Assembly (NCBI GenBank): GCA_963745235.1
Contig: CAVUXE010000022.1
Span: 67,039 to 131,038 of the forward strand
Length of the DNA: 64,000 nucleotides
Direction: 5' to 3'
DNA from: an uncultured Spirochaetota bacterium
GTDB lineage: Bacteria > Spirochaetota > Spirochaetia > SZUA-6 > Fen-1364
In this document: piece by piece, positions 9,921-20,252 of the stretch
Position numbering within the stretch: the first letter of the stretch is position 1
How the letters are laid out: each line of letters starts with the position of its first letter
Made by a program: the position numbers and the translations under genes
Notes under the pieces: generated by a model
Database searches by the model: none
What the model saw: only the letters and a program-made list of their open reading frames with translations
What the model was told of the DNA's origin: nothing

Positions 9921-11420
9921 CTACGGCTCCCCGGGAGGGCGGTCAACAGATTCCGCCTTGACCCATCGGAGAATCGCAGTCATGGCGTGAAGGTCTTCCT
10001 GGTTGTAGCGCGCAATCTCCGCCATGATCTGCGAGCGCTCCTGTTCGTCCTTGCTCTCACAGGCGCGAACGTAGCGGCCAATGGACCAGTCCCCGCCGTA
10101 ATCATCCATGGTTCGCGTGTAGCCGCTCAGGCCCTCGACGACCTTCAGACCGTAGCTGGGAACCGGAAGGGCAAGGGAGTCTCGAACGGCCCTCAGCAGG
10201 TCGAAGCAGCATTCCAGGACCCGCGCGGCCACACCAGTCGGATCCCCGAACCTGTCGATGTAGGATCTTATCTTTGCCTTCTCGTAGTCTCCCCAATGGA
10301 CGAAAGGGATCCGGCTGTGCACCTGAAAGATCTTTCCGGTGATCTCCAGGAACTTCTTCCATCCCTCCCGGTCCGCGTCGGGACCGAAGCCGGCCATGGC
10401 AGGGCTGTACGGGCCCTCCGGTCCGCCCTCCCCGTACACCTGCGTGCCCCAGAGATACACCGTGTCCAGCTCGTCGTGCTGCGGCGGCATTCCTTCGAGG
10501 TCCAGCATGACCATGGGCGTGTCAGGCACGGTGAGCGGGCCGAGCTTGATCACCTTCCGTGAGGCGAGCGCCTGCGCCTGGGAAAGGATCCTGCCTGCCG
10601 CCGCGCCCACGCGCCGCGAGGCGCCTCCCCGCGTGCGGGTGAGCCCTGCCAGGCGCTTTGCGTCCATGGTCTCCAGGAGCTTGTCGTACGTGCGTATCCC
10701 CAGCCCTCGAAGGACGCGCGCCGTCCCCTGGTCCACGCCGTAGACAAGGGACACATCATGCTCCGCGGCGGCCTTTGTCCAGCACCTCTGCTGGAACAGG
10801 CACGCCCCGCATTTGGACCACCCCAGCGGCTCCCACGGCTCGTCGGCCAGAAGGAGCAGGTGGCGGATCCCGCCCAGGTCCTTCTCCGCCTGAGCGGCGC
10901 CGGCGTAGGCCACTGCCTCGATTGTTCGATCTCCCAGATACACCTCCAAAGCCGCCGGCGGGCGACTGAAGGTCTTTTCGAAAAGCCATCCGTACGTCTG
11001 GAGCTGGTGTCGGATTTCCGGGTGACTTTCTCCCCGTATGCTGCGGGAGAGCTTGCAGTCTCGTATCCGATAGGAATCATTCGACAGCAGCATGAAGTCC
11101 GGTATGCCGGTGACGATGTCGCGGGAGCCGGGCAACGCCGCGCGGAGCACTCCCTGGTAGATGACGGGGGCCCGGTTCTGCGCGGCTTCCCGGGTCCTCT
11201 GCGCCCTGTCCGCGAGGCTGCCTTCCGCAAGGTTCCTGGGCGCGGGGAACGTGGCCAGGTGCTCCTTCTCGTGGCGCTCACCGAGGTCCCTCATGACCTG
11301 GTCCAGCTCGGTCGGCTCTCCGCCTGGCTCCGCGGCCGCAAGGAGAAACACCCGCTTCTCGCAGGTGCTGGGGCGATAGAGACCGTAGAAGCTGGATGCG
11401 GACAGGTGCACCGACTTCAT
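9921..11420 (-). CDS. TM0106-family RecB/Cas4-like nuclease with a C-terminal RNase H-like domain
   Basis: PD-(D/E)xK motif GIPDF...IRDCK, QLQTY, split Cys cluster (STCEK...CGACLFQQRC), MLDLEG, SYGLKVVE and YNQEDL. Confidence 0.82.
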   Translation of the reverse strand: MKSVHLSASSFYGLYRPSTCEKRVFLLAAAEPGGEPTELDQVMRDLGERHEKEHLATFPAPRNLAEGSLADRAQRTREAAQNRAPVIYQGVLRAALPGSRDIVTGIPDFMLLSNDSYRIRDCKLSRSIRGESHPEIRHQLQTYGWLFEKTFSRPPAALEVYLGDRTIEAVAYAGAAQAEKDLGGIRHLLLLADEPWEPLGWSKCGACLFQQRCWTKAAAEHDVSLVYGVDQGTARVLRGLGIRTYDKLLETMDAKRLAGLTRTRGGASRRVGAAAGRILSQAQALASRKVIKLGPLTVPDTPMVMLDLEGMPPQHDELDTVYLWGTQVYGEGGPEGPYSPAMAGFGPDADREGWKKFLEITGKIFQVHSRIPFVHWGDYEKAKIRSYIDRFGDPTGVAARVLECCFDLLRAVRDSLALPVPSYGLKVVEGLSGYTRTMDDYGGDWSIGRYVRACESKDEQERSQIMAEIARYNQEDLHAMTAILRWVKAESVDRPPGEP

Positions 11421-12106
11421 TCCCGCCCGCGCTCCTGCAGCATCCTTTCCAGCTTTTCCTTGACCTTCGGCCACTCCTCCCGGGTGATGCTGAAGTACAC
11501 CGAGTGCCTGATCCGTCCCTCCGCCGTGATGAGGTGATTGCGGAACACCCCCTCCTGGACCGCCCCGATGCGAAGCAGCGCGGCGCGCGAGCGGTCGTTC
11601 AGGGAATCCGTCTTGAACTCGATGCGGATGCACTGCAGCGTTTCGAAGGCGTGCCGGAGCATCACGTATTTTGCCTCCGTGTTGACCCGCGTGCGCTGCC
11701 ACGCCTTCCCGATCCAGGTCGCGCCGATCTCCATGCGGCGGTTGCGGGAGTCTATGCTCATGAACCGGGTCGTTCCGACGACGCGCGCCCCTGGGCCGTC
11801 GGAAAGGAGCACCGTCACGAACGGGATTGCGCTCATCGCGGCGCGCGCCGCCAGGGCGTCCCTGATGAACGCGGCCATCTGTTCACGGGTCGTGAGGCTG
11901 TTCGGCATGAGCCGGGAGATATCAGGATCCAGGCCTATCCCGCACAGCCCGTCAAGGTGATCTTCCCGCATCGGCTCCAGCCTGATGCCCGGGCCCTCCA
12001 GCACCGGCATGAACTCGTCCGGCCGGGGCCGGGGGGCGGTCGTCGTAAAGCGCACGGCAAGCCCGTCCGCGTCAACGGATGGCCAGCCGCCTTTCCTGTC
12101 GCTCAT
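11417..12106 (-). CDS. GNAT acetyltransferase, RimJ/RimL-like
   Basis: EIGATWIG..WQRTRVNTEAKY..L.HAFE...RIEFKTD..N.RS..A..RIGA..EGVFRNH; ATGA overlap with the nuclease gene. Confidence 0.9.
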   Translation of the reverse strand: MSDRKGGWPSVDADGLAVRFTTTAPRPRPDEFMPVLEGPGIRLEPMREDHLDGLCGIGLDPDISRLMPNSLTTREQMAAFIRDALAARAAMSAIPFVTVLLSDGPGARVVGTTRFMSIDSRNRRMEIGATWIGKAWQRTRVNTEAKYVMLRHAFETLQCIRIEFKTDSLNDRSRAALLRIGAVQEGVFRNHLITAEGRIRHSVYFSITREEWPKVKEKLERMLQERGRE

Positions 12107-12181
12107 CGCTTCACCATACCCATGCCGCGGCCATCTTGACTACTCTCCCCGTCACGCGAAACGATGCCGGGGGAGCAGCGT

Positions 12182-13027
12182 GTGACAAGGCTTATCGAGG
12201 CGCTTTGCGTGCGAACGGACGCAGAGGGCTGCTGGAAAATATCCGCGGGAGAGGTCGCGGGGCTTCTCGGCATCGAGCAGGTCCCGTTCTGGCGTGCGGT
12301 CCACGAGGTGCGGGACAGGATCAGCTTCTCAGAGGCCATCGACGGCTGGAACCAGGACACCGTGGGAGACCTGGTCACTCTGCTGGAAAAGCTGGTCGGC
12401 GCGGAGGCCGAAGAAAGGATGACGCAGGCAGGGTTGTTCCTGCCCTATGCGCTGGGCATCGAGCTGACGGAGGAGGTGGTGTTTCGCGCGCGCCGGCTCG
12501 CGGCGGCGCACGACGTGCGTTCGGATGAGCTTGGGGCCATGCTCCGCCACACCGGGAACGTCCGCGCGGCAATCGGGATCTACCTGGACGAGTACATCGA
12601 TCTCGAAGAGCTCTTCCAGGCCAGCGTCGAGTCGTTCCTCGCCCTGCAAGGTCTGCCCGTTCGCGGGAGGACGACGGCGCGGCGCTACCTGCGCACCATG
12701 CTCGAACGCCACGTTCTGGAGCGGGCAGGACTGCTGGTGGGCCTCGCGGAAAGGCTGCGGCTGGCTGCGGCGCAGCTGGGGTACGGGGATGCCGAGGACC
12801 AGCCCCGCTCGAGCACCGGCAAAGCGCGCAGGACGGATGCGCGGACGTGGGCGCGTGTGGTCATGGGCGTGGACGGCAGGAGCTATTCAGCGGAAGACCT
12901 GCGCCTTCTCTACAGAAGGCTCATGATGCGGCATCACCCCGACGTGGACCCCTTCGGCCTGGAGCGGTGCAAGGACGTGAACGCGGCATACGCCGTCCTG
13001 ATCTCGGACCTCAGGGACCAGGGCTGA
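12182..13027 (+). CDS. Class C J-domain protein (C-terminal J domain, unknown N-terminal region); start may be 12164
   Basis: C-terminal YRRLMMRHHPD...KDVNAAYAVL. Confidence 0.72.
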   Translation: MTRLIEALCVRTDAEGCWKISAGEVAGLLGIEQVPFWRAVHEVRDRISFSEAIDGWNQDTVGDLVTLLEKLVGAEAEERMTQAGLFLPYALGIELTEEVVFRARRLAAAHDVRSDELGAMLRHTGNVRAAIGIYLDEYIDLEELFQASVESFLALQGLPVRGRTTARRYLRTMLERHVLERAGLLVGLAERLRLAAAQLGYGDAEDQPRSSTGKARRTDARTWARVVMGVDGRSYSAEDLRLLYRRLMMRHHPDVDPFGLERCKDVNAAYAVLISDLRDQG

Positions 13028-13322
13028 CGAGAGCCTTTTCGACGAGCTCCCGGTTCACCCGGAAGTGGTTCCAGACCTGCTCCAGCTTTCCCCCGGAGAT
13101 GAGGATGAGCTGCGGGGATTCATGGGTGACGTTGTAGGCCTCTGCTATCCAGTTTGACAGGTCACGCTGCTCACGGACGTTCACCCAGTAGATGGGAAGG
13201 CCGGTCTGGAGCGCCTCCACCTCCCTGGCCGCGCGAGCGGACACGCCGCACGTGGTGGAATGCTTGTAGACGAGGCACTCCGCAGGCAAGGTCTTTTCGG
13301 AAAGCGGGATGATGCTGCTCAC
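13011..13322 (-). CDS. ytxJ: Monothiol bacilliredoxin YtxJ/BrxC
   Basis: KHSTTCGVS, R.LSN.IAE and HESPQ motifs. Confidence 0.85.
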   Translation of the reverse strand: MSSIIPLSEKTLPAECLVYKHSTTCGVSARAAREVEALQTGLPIYWVNVREQRDLSNWIAEAYNVTHESPQLILISGGKLEQVWNHFRVNRELVEKALVSPGP

Positions 13323-13367
13323 GTGTTCTCCGATGGGGAGGAGGTTAGCAGAGCCGCAGCCCGCGGC

Positions 13368-13846
13368 TCAACCCCCGGCCGCGATGAAGGAGACTTTCTG
13401 TCGGATTGCCCCGAGATGGTACGCCACGTGGGCCAGGGCGCCCACTGCCCCTGCCATGGCCTCTTCGCTTTCCATCGCAAAGATCTCCACGGCGCGCCGT
13501 ATGTCCCTGTATGCGGTGCGCAGCCGTCTTTGGCCCGCACCCACTCCTCACCGTCCACTGAGCTCACGCTCCAGCTCTCATCCCACTTGTGCGTGGTGCG
13601 GTCACCCTCGATCCATCGCGCGGAAGCGTGCAGCCCGAACGTCACGTGATTGACGTGCGCGGCTATGGTGGTCCTGCCCAGGACGCGGGAGGCCACCTCT
13701 GCGTCCAGTCTCTCCAGGGTGCCGAACAACCCCCCGTCCCGGCCGCTGTCGGTGAAGTAGCTCCACGTCTCCTGGGGGCCTTCAAAAGCCTCCGACAGGA
13801 CTCCCAGGACCTGCTCCACCATTTCCCGCATTCCTATGACAGCCAT
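13368..13846 (-). CDS. DinB/YfiT superfamily protein; apparent indel near 13530
   Basis: TIAAHVNH...W.ESW, then in a shifted frame AHVAYHLGAIRQ ending at TGA 13370-13368; GGAGG RBS. Confidence 0.75.
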
Positions 13847-13931
13847 CAGATGCCGACCCTCCACGTCGCATAGAATGTATGCACGGCCGGGCACGGAGGC
13901 AAAGCAAAGACACCCTCGGATCGGCATTTCG

Positions 13932-13960
13932 TTGACTTTTCCCCGGGGGCTCCGTATCAT
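13932..13960 (+). promoter_or_regulatory. Sigma70 promoter for the RHH gene and possibly the hut operon
   Basis: TTGACT-N17-TATCAT, close to consensus. Confidence 0.7.
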
Positions 13961-13972
13961 GCCCGGGAGCGT

Positions 13973-14152
13973 ATGAAGCAGGTGACGATTCGGCTGGAGC
14001 TCCGCGTCTCGGATGAAATGAATGAGTTCATGCAGAACGAGGCGCAATCCCGCAAGCTGAGCTTCGAGGGGCTGATCCTGATGCTGATCGAAGAGCAGAT
14101 GAAGCGGGTCCGGCAGGAGAACCAGCGGGTCAGCCCGCCCAAGAGCACATAG
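13973..14152 (+). CDS. 59-aa putative ribbon-helix-helix (Arc/CopG/MetJ-like) DNA-binding protein, absent from the ORF track
   Basis: Manual translation [59 protein letters not shown]; alternating beta-strand followed by two helices; strong promoter directly upstream. Confidence 0.7.
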   Translation: MKQVTIRLELRVSDEMNEFMQNEAQSRKLSFEGLILMLIEEQMKRVRQENQRVSPPKST

Positions 14153-14187
14153 AAAACCGAAATCCGCCCGAATTTCGAGGTGAATCC

Positions 14188-15916
14188 ATGGCTGGATCAG
14201 CGAGGGCAAGACTTGAGGAGGAGCTGCGCATCGGATGCGGGGCTCCACGCCCCGTGCGCGCGCCGCGCGGCACGGAGCTCGCCTGCAAAGGCTGGCATCA
14301 GGAAGCAGCTCTGCGCATGCTGTGCAACAACCTGGACCCGCAGAACGCGGAGAAACCGGATGAGCTGATCGTGTACGGCGGCACGGGGAAAGCGGCGCGG
14401 GACTGGCGCTGCTTCGACGCGCTGGTCAGATCCCTGCTCGACCTGGAAGGCAACGAGACGCTGCTGGTGCAGTCCGGAAAGCCGGTCGGCATCCTGAGGA
14501 CGCTTCCCCTGTCTCCCCGGGTCCTGATTGCAAACTCCAACCTCGTGCCGAAGTGGGCAACTTGGGAGCACTTCCACGAGCTGGAGGCGCGGGGCCTCAT
14601 GATGTACGGGCAAATGACCGCCGGCTCATGGATCTACATCGGCACGCAGGGGATTCTCCAGGGCACCTATGAGACGTTCGCCGCGCTGGCGGAGAAGCAC
14701 TTCGCCGGGACCCTTGCCGGCAGGATGGTCGTCAGCGCGGGGCTCGGCGGCATGGGGGGCGCCCAGCCCCTGGCGGTCACGATGAACGGCGGCGCGGTGA
14801 TCTGCGTGGAGGTGGACCCGCACAGGATCCAGCGGCGGCTGCGACACCGGCTATCTCGACAGGAAGGCGGAGACCCTGGAGGAGGCCCTCTCCCAGGCGC
14901 GGGAGGCCGCGGCGCGAAAGGCGCCCCTCTCCATCGGCCTGCTGGGAAACGCGGCGGAGATTCTCCCCCGCATGGTGCGGGAAGGCGTCATTCCGGACGT
15001 GGTCACGGACCAGACCAGCGCCCATGACGAGCTGGCAGGCTATGTGCCGGATGGCATGCGCCTGGAGGCCGCCCTCGAGCTTCGACGCTCCGACCCAGCG
15101 CGGTATTCCGAGCTTGCCCTGGACGCGATGGCCCGGCACTGCAGGGCCATTCTGGACATGAAGGCGCGCGGCGCCGTGGCTTTCGACTACGGAAACAACC
15201 TCCGCGGCCAGGCCCTGAGAAGGGGCGTCGCAAACGCTTTCGACTATCCCGGCTTCGTGCCGGCGTATATCCGTCCGCTCTTCTGCCAGGGCGAAGGTCC
15301 TTTTCGCTGGGTCGCGCTCTCCGGCGACCCGAGGGACATCGAGGCCACGGATGAGGCGCTGATCAGGACATTCCCCGAGAAGAAACGGATGGTGCAGTGG
15401 CTGGAGCTCGCGGCAAAGCGCGTGCGGCACATGGGGCTTCCGGCGCGCATCTGCTGGCTGGGGTACGGTGAGAGAGACAGGGCGGGAAAGCTTTTCAACG
15501 ACATGGTGAGGGACGGTCGGCTCAGGGCGCCCATTGTGATCGGGAGAGACCACCTGGACGCCGGATCCGTCGCATCGCCAAACAGGGAAACAGAGGCCAT
15601 GCTGGATGGATCGGATGCGGTGGCTGACTGGCCGCTTCTCAACCTCATGGTCAACGTTGCCTCCGGAGCCAGCTGGGCGTCCTTCCATCACGGCGGCGGA
15701 GTCGGGATGGGGTATTCGCTGCACGCGGGACAGGTCACGGTGGCGGACGGCACCGCTGACGGGGAGCTGCGGGTGACCACGGTGCTGAGAAATGACCCTG
15801 CGACCGGCATCCTGCGCCACGCGGATGCGGGGTACGAGCAGGCGGCCCAGGCTGCCGCCGCGCGAGGCGTGAAGATTCCCCTGGTCGGCACGGGCGGGCA
15901 TGGTGAGGCTCGATGA
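14188..15916 (+). CDS. hutU: Urocanate hydratase; apparent extra base near 14841
   Basis: [51 protein letters not shown] and HHGGGVGMG across two frames. Confidence 0.95.
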
Positions 15917-16830
15917 GCCGCGGCCTCTTCGAATGCGTGCCGAACTACAGCGAGGGGCGGAGGCCGCAGGTCATCGACCGGATCATTGCCCCCTTCCAGG
16001 CCCGTGCGGGTGTCCATCTCCTGGATCATCGGGCGGACGCTGACCACAACCGGCTGGTGGTGACCCTGGTGGGAGAGGCCGAGCCGCTCCAGGAGGCGCT
16101 CCTGGAATCCGCAATCGCTGCAATCGCCGCAATTGATCTTCGCGTCCATGCGGGCGAGCATCCAAGGATCGGGGCGGTGGACGTCATCCCGTTCGTCCCG
16201 CTGCGCGGCGTCGGCATGGGAGATGCCGTTTCCCTGGCTCGTTCCTTTGCGGCGAGATACGCCCGTGAGACATGCGTGCCCGTCTATCTCTACGAAGAGG
16301 CCGCCCTTCGTCCGGAGAGAAGGAACCTGGAGCTAGTCAGAAAAGGGCAGTTCGAAGGCCTCCAGGCTCAGATCTCCCTTCCCGAACGCGTGCCGGACTT
16401 CGGAGAGCCGAGGCTGCATCCCAGCGCGGGGGCCACCGCAATCGGTGCCCGGCAATTCCTGATTGCCTTCAACATCAATCTGGATTCACGAGACGCGGGG
16501 CTTGCGCGGCGGATTGCCCGCGCAATCAGGGCGTCCAGCGGGGGGCTTCCCAAGGTCAAAGCCGTGGGAGTGGACCTGGCCGCCCGCGGGCTGGTGCAGG
16601 TGAGCGTGAACCTCACGGATTACCGCGTCACCCCGCTTCGCACGGTCCTGGAGCTCGTGCGCGCCGAGGCGGGGCGCGTCGGTGTGCGCGTCGTTGAGAC
16701 GGAGATCTACGGCCTGGTGCCGGCGGCCGCGCTGCTCAAGGAGGCCGTGACAGACCTTCAGGTCGCGGGGTTCGACGAGGCCCAGGTGCTCGACCTGAGG
16801 CTCCTGGACATGGCCGCGGGGACGGAATGA
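15913..16830 (+). CDS. ftcd: Glutamate formimidoyltransferase
   Basis: [30 protein letters not shown] and GAR.FLIAFN. Confidence 0.93.
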   Translation: MSRGLFECVPNYSEGRRPQVIDRIIAPFQARAGVHLLDHRADADHNRLVVTLVGEAEPLQEALLESAIAAIAAIDLRVHAGEHPRIGAVDVIPFVPLRGVGMGDAVSLARSFAARYARETCVPVYLYEEAALRPERRNLELVRKGQFEGLQAQISLPERVPDFGEPRLHPSAGATAIGARQFLIAFNINLDSRDAGLARRIARAIRASSGGLPKVKAVGVDLAARGLVQVSVNLTDYRVTPLRTVLELVRAEAGRVGVRVVETEIYGLVPAAALLKEAVTDLQVAGFDEAQVLDLRLLDMAAGTE

Positions 16831-18077
16831 CGACCAAGCTGTTTCGCAACGCCCGCATCTGGACCCCCGTGGACAAGGGCGGAGGCACCCCTGTTTCGGG
16901 CCCGCGGCAGGGCGAGCTTTCGCGGTGGGACCCCGGCGCCCTCGTGTGCCATGAGGGCAGGATCACCGCGATCGGCGACGAGCGGGATGTTGTAAAGGGA
17001 GTCGCCGCGAGCGACATTGAGGAGATCGATTGCCGCGGGCGCTGCCTCGTGCCCGGCTTCGTGGATCCCCACACGCACATGTGCTTCTGTCGGGCGAGGG
17101 AAGAGGAGTTCAGCGCCAGGCTGGACGGCGCTGACTACCTGGAGATCCTGAAGGCCGGGGGCGGGATCCTCTCTTCTGTCCGGGAGGTGCGTTCTGCTTC
17201 CGAGGAGGAGCTCTTTCGGCTGACACGCGCGCGCGCGTTGTCCGCGCTGCGCCACGGGACAACCACCGTCGAAATCAAATCAGGGTATGGCCTGGACGTC
17301 GGGTCCGAGCTCAAGCAGCTTCGCGTCATTGCGAGGGTTGCACGCGAGACTCCGCTTCGCGTGGTTCCGACTTTCCTCGGCGCGCACGCGGTCCCGCCCG
17401 AGTATGAGGGCAGGGCGGACGCCTATGTCGACCTCATCATCTCCGAGATGATCCCGGCGGTGTCCGAGGCAGGCCTTGCAAGGTTCTGCGATGTCTTCTG
17501 CGAGCAGGGAGTCTTCACGGTTTCGCAAGCCCGCAGGGTCCTGGGGGCGGCGCGCGCGGCCGGCTTGGGCCTCAAGCTGCACGCGGATGAGCTTTCCGGG
17601 ACGGGCGGCGCCGAGCTTGCCGCCTCCCTGCAGGCGGCCTCCGCGGATCACCTCCTTGCGGCATCCGAGTCCGGGCTCAGGGCCATGGCGGGCGCGGGAG
17701 TCGTGGGCGTTCTCCTGCCCGGCACCGCCTACGCCATGAGAAAGCCATACGCGCCTGCCAGGAAGATGATTGCCATGAACGTCCCCGTGGCGGTCGCCAC
17801 GGACTGCAATCCCGGCTCGTCGTTCACCGAGTCAGTGCCTTTCATCTTCGGCCTGGCGGTGCTGCAGATGGGCCTGAGCGCAGCGGAAGCGCTCAACGCC
17901 TGCACCCTGAACGCGGCGTGCGCGGTGGGGATGGGGCGGGAAACGGGAAGTCTTTCACCGGGGAAAAGAGCGGACTTCCTCCTCCTTGAAGGGGAGACCC
18001 CCGCCATCCTGGCGTTCCATGCAGGGGTTCCGCCCGTTTCCCAGGTGTACGTTGAAGGAAAGGTCGCATGGCAGTGA
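16827..18077 (+). CDS. hutI: Imidazolonepropionase
   Basis: PGFVDPHTH, GGGILSSV, EIKSGYGL, DVFCE, LHADE and ATDCNPGS. Confidence 0.94.
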   Translation: MTTKLFRNARIWTPVDKGGGTPVSGPRQGELSRWDPGALVCHEGRITAIGDERDVVKGVAASDIEEIDCRGRCLVPGFVDPHTHMCFCRAREEEFSARLDGADYLEILKAGGGILSSVREVRSASEEELFRLTRARALSALRHGTTTVEIKSGYGLDVGSELKQLRVIARVARETPLRVVPTFLGAHAVPPEYEGRADAYVDLIISEMIPAVSEAGLARFCDVFCEQGVFTVSQARRVLGAARAAGLGLKLHADELSGTGGAELAASLQAASADHLLAASESGLRAMAGAGVVGVLLPGTAYAMRKPYAPARKMIAMNVPVAVATDCNPGSSFTESVPFIFGLAVLQMGLSAAEALNACTLNAACAVGMGRETGSLSPGKRADFLLLEGETPAILAFHAGVPPVSQVYVEGKVAWQ

Positions 18078-18712
18078 GCCTCATCACGATGTCACTGGAA
18101 GACTTCCTGAAGGAGCTGGGCTCCTCGTCTCCCGCGCCCGGGGGTGGCAGCGTTGCCGCGCTCGCGGGCGCGCTGGCAGCGGCGCTGTGCGTGATGGTGT
18201 CGGGTCTGACCGCCGGAAAAGAAAAGTGCCGGGATTCCTGGGAGGACATGGAGAAGGTCGGCCGCGAAGCCGCGGCCCTGGAGGAGCGGTTGCGGAATCT
18301 CGTTGACGAGGACACGGCGGCGTTCCGCGCGGTCATGGACGCGCGCAGGCTTCCACGCGGGACGACGGCGGAGCGTGAAACCAGGGAGCGCGCGCTTCGG
18401 GAAGCGGTCCTCCGATCCGCGAGAGCTCCGTTTGCAACGCTTTCCGCCCTGCGGGAGCTGTCCATGCTCGCCCGGCTTGCCGCGGACAGGGGCAACCCGG
18501 CCTGCGTCACGGATGCCGGCTCGGCCGCCCAGCTGATCCGGGCCGGTGCCATGAGCGCTGCCTACAATGTCCGCGTCAATCTGCCCGCCCTCGCGGACCC
18601 TGCCGTTCGGCAGGAGCTTTCCGGCAGGACAACGAACATCCTTCAGGAGGTGCTGGATGAGAGCCAGAGGACAGAAGCCATTGTCGAAACCCGGCTCGCC
18701 CTCGCTCCCTGA
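18068..18712 (+). CDS. Formiminotetrahydrofolate cyclodeaminase/methenyl-THF cyclohydrolase (FTCD_C domain)
   Basis: LGSSSPAPGGGSVAA, DEDTAAF, GNP...TD and NVRVNL. Confidence 0.88.
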   Translation: MAVSLITMSLEDFLKELGSSSPAPGGGSVAALAGALAAALCVMVSGLTAGKEKCRDSWEDMEKVGREAAALEERLRNLVDEDTAAFRAVMDARRLPRGTTAERETRERALREAVLRSARAPFATLSALRELSMLARLAADRGNPACVTDAGSAAQLIRAGAMSAAYNVRVNLPALADPAVRQELSGRTTNILQEVLDESQRTEAIVETRLALAP

Positions 18713-18722
18713 GGAGACGCGG

Positions 18723-20252
18723 ATGGAAACCATCACGATCGGCGGAAAGCCCCTGGACATCGAGGCACTCGTTGCCATTGCACGACGCGGAGCGCCTGTT
18801 CAGCTGGATGAGTCCGCGCGCCAGCGGGTCACCCGGGCGCGGGAGCTGGTGGAGAAATGGGTTCACGAGGGGAGGGCGGTCTACGGCGTGACCACGGGCT
18901 TCGGCGCGCTGTGCGAGGTTGCCATTGCGGAAGACCAGACACGAACCCTGCAGGAGAACATCCTCATGAGCCACGCCGCGGGTGTCGGAAGCCCTTTCCC
19001 CGCGGAGGTGGTGCGCGCGGCGCTGGCAACCCGGGTGCAGGACCTCTCCCAGGGCCATGCGGGAGTGAAGCTTGAGACCCTCCAGGCCCTTGTGGACCTC
19101 CTGAACTCCGGAGTGTGCCCTGTTGTGCCGGAGAAAGGCTCGGTGGGCGCCAGCGGAGACCTTGCTCCCATGGCGCACGCCGCCCTGGTCCTCATCGGCA
19201 AGGGGGAAGCGTTCTACCGCGGCGCTCGCATGAGCGGCCGGGAGGCGCTTTCCGCCGCGGACCTGCACCCTGTCCTCCTGGATGCGGGTGAAGGCCTTGC
19301 GCTCATCAACGGCACCCAGTTCATGGCCGGCATCGGCGGGCTTGCCGTGAACGACGCGGCCCGGCTCGCCCGGACAGCGGACATCGCCTGCTCCATCAGC
19401 CTGGAGGTCCTGATGGGGACCAACGTGGAGTTCGACCCCCGCATCCACAAGGCCCGTCCTCATCCCGGGCAGGCGGCGGTGGCCGACAATATGTATCGGA
19501 TCACGCAGGACAGCGCCATCATGTCATCTCACAAGGACTGCCACAGGATCCAGGACGCCTACACGCTGCGCTGCTCCCCGCAGGTCCACGGGGCAAGCCG
19601 GGACGCCATCTCGCACGTGAGAGGCGTGTTCGAAACGGAGCTCGCCTCCTGCACGACGAACCCGTTGATCTTCCCCGAGACGGGGGACTTCCTCCTGGGC
19701 GGCAATTTCCACGGCCAGCCCCTTGCCCTTGCGGCGGACTACCTGTGCATGGCCGCCTCGGAGCTTGCCAGCATCTCCGAGCGGCGCATCGAGAGACTCG
19801 TCAATCCGCAGCTGAGCGGGTTGCCGGCCTTCCTTGTTACGGACTCCGGGGTGAACTCGGGCTTCATGATTGCGCAGTACACGGCCGCGGCGCTCGTCTC
19901 GGAGAACAAGGTGCTGTCCCACCCGGCGTGCGTGGACTCCATCCCGACCTCAGCGAACAAGGAGGACCACGTCAGCATGGGCACCATCTCGGTGCGCAAG
20001 TGCAGGTCCGTCATCGCGAACGCGGAGGCGGTGATCGCCATCGAGCTGTTGTGCGGCTGCCAGGCTCTGGACCTTCTCACGAAGGGCAGACCGGGCCGGG
20101 GAACCGAGGCTGCCTACCGGGTCGTCCGCGAGCGTGTCCCGCGGCTCGACGCGGATCGCGTTCTCTCACAGGACATCGAGACCATGGTGGAGCTGCTGCG
20201 TGACGGCGGGATCATCCAGGAGGTCCAGCGGGCGGTCGGACCGCTCACATGA
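18723..20252 (+). CDS. hutH: Histidine ammonia-lyase
   Basis: YGVTTGFG, GSVGASGDLAP (MIO-forming ASG), QDAYTLRC, GGNFHGQP and EDHVSM; GAGGAG RBS. Confidence 0.95.
   Translation: METITIGGKPLDIEALVAIARRGAPVQLDESARQRVTRARELVEKWVHEGRAVYGVTTGFGALCEVAIAEDQTRTLQENILMSHAAGVGSPFPAEVVRAALATRVQDLSQGHAGVKLETLQALVDLLNSGVCPVVPEKGSVGASGDLAPMAHAALVLIGKGEAFYRGARMSGREALSAADLHPVLLDAGEGLALINGTQFMAGIGGLAVNDAARLARTADIACSISLEVLMGTNVEFDPRIHKARPHPGQAAVADNMYRITQDSAIMSSHKDCHRIQDAYTLRCSPQVHGASRDAISHVRGVFETELASCTTNPLIFPETGDFLLGGNFHGQPLALAADYLCMAASELASISERRIERLVNPQLSGLPAFLVTDSGVNSGFMIAQYTAAALVSENKVLSHPACVDSIPTSANKEDHVSMGTISVRKCRSVIANAEAVIAIELLCGCQALDLLTKGRPGRGTEAAYRVVRERVPRLDADRVLSQDIETMVELLRDGGIIQEVQRAVGPLT

Noticed and set aside
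9921-11420. Cas4 of a CRISPR-Cas locus
   Set aside because: No repeat-spacer array or other cas genes in the window; the architecture fits TM0106
13319-14248. 309-aa ORF as a single gene
   Set aside because: Its 5' part is antisense to the RHH gene and promoter; the real DinB gene starts at 13846 and ends in another frame
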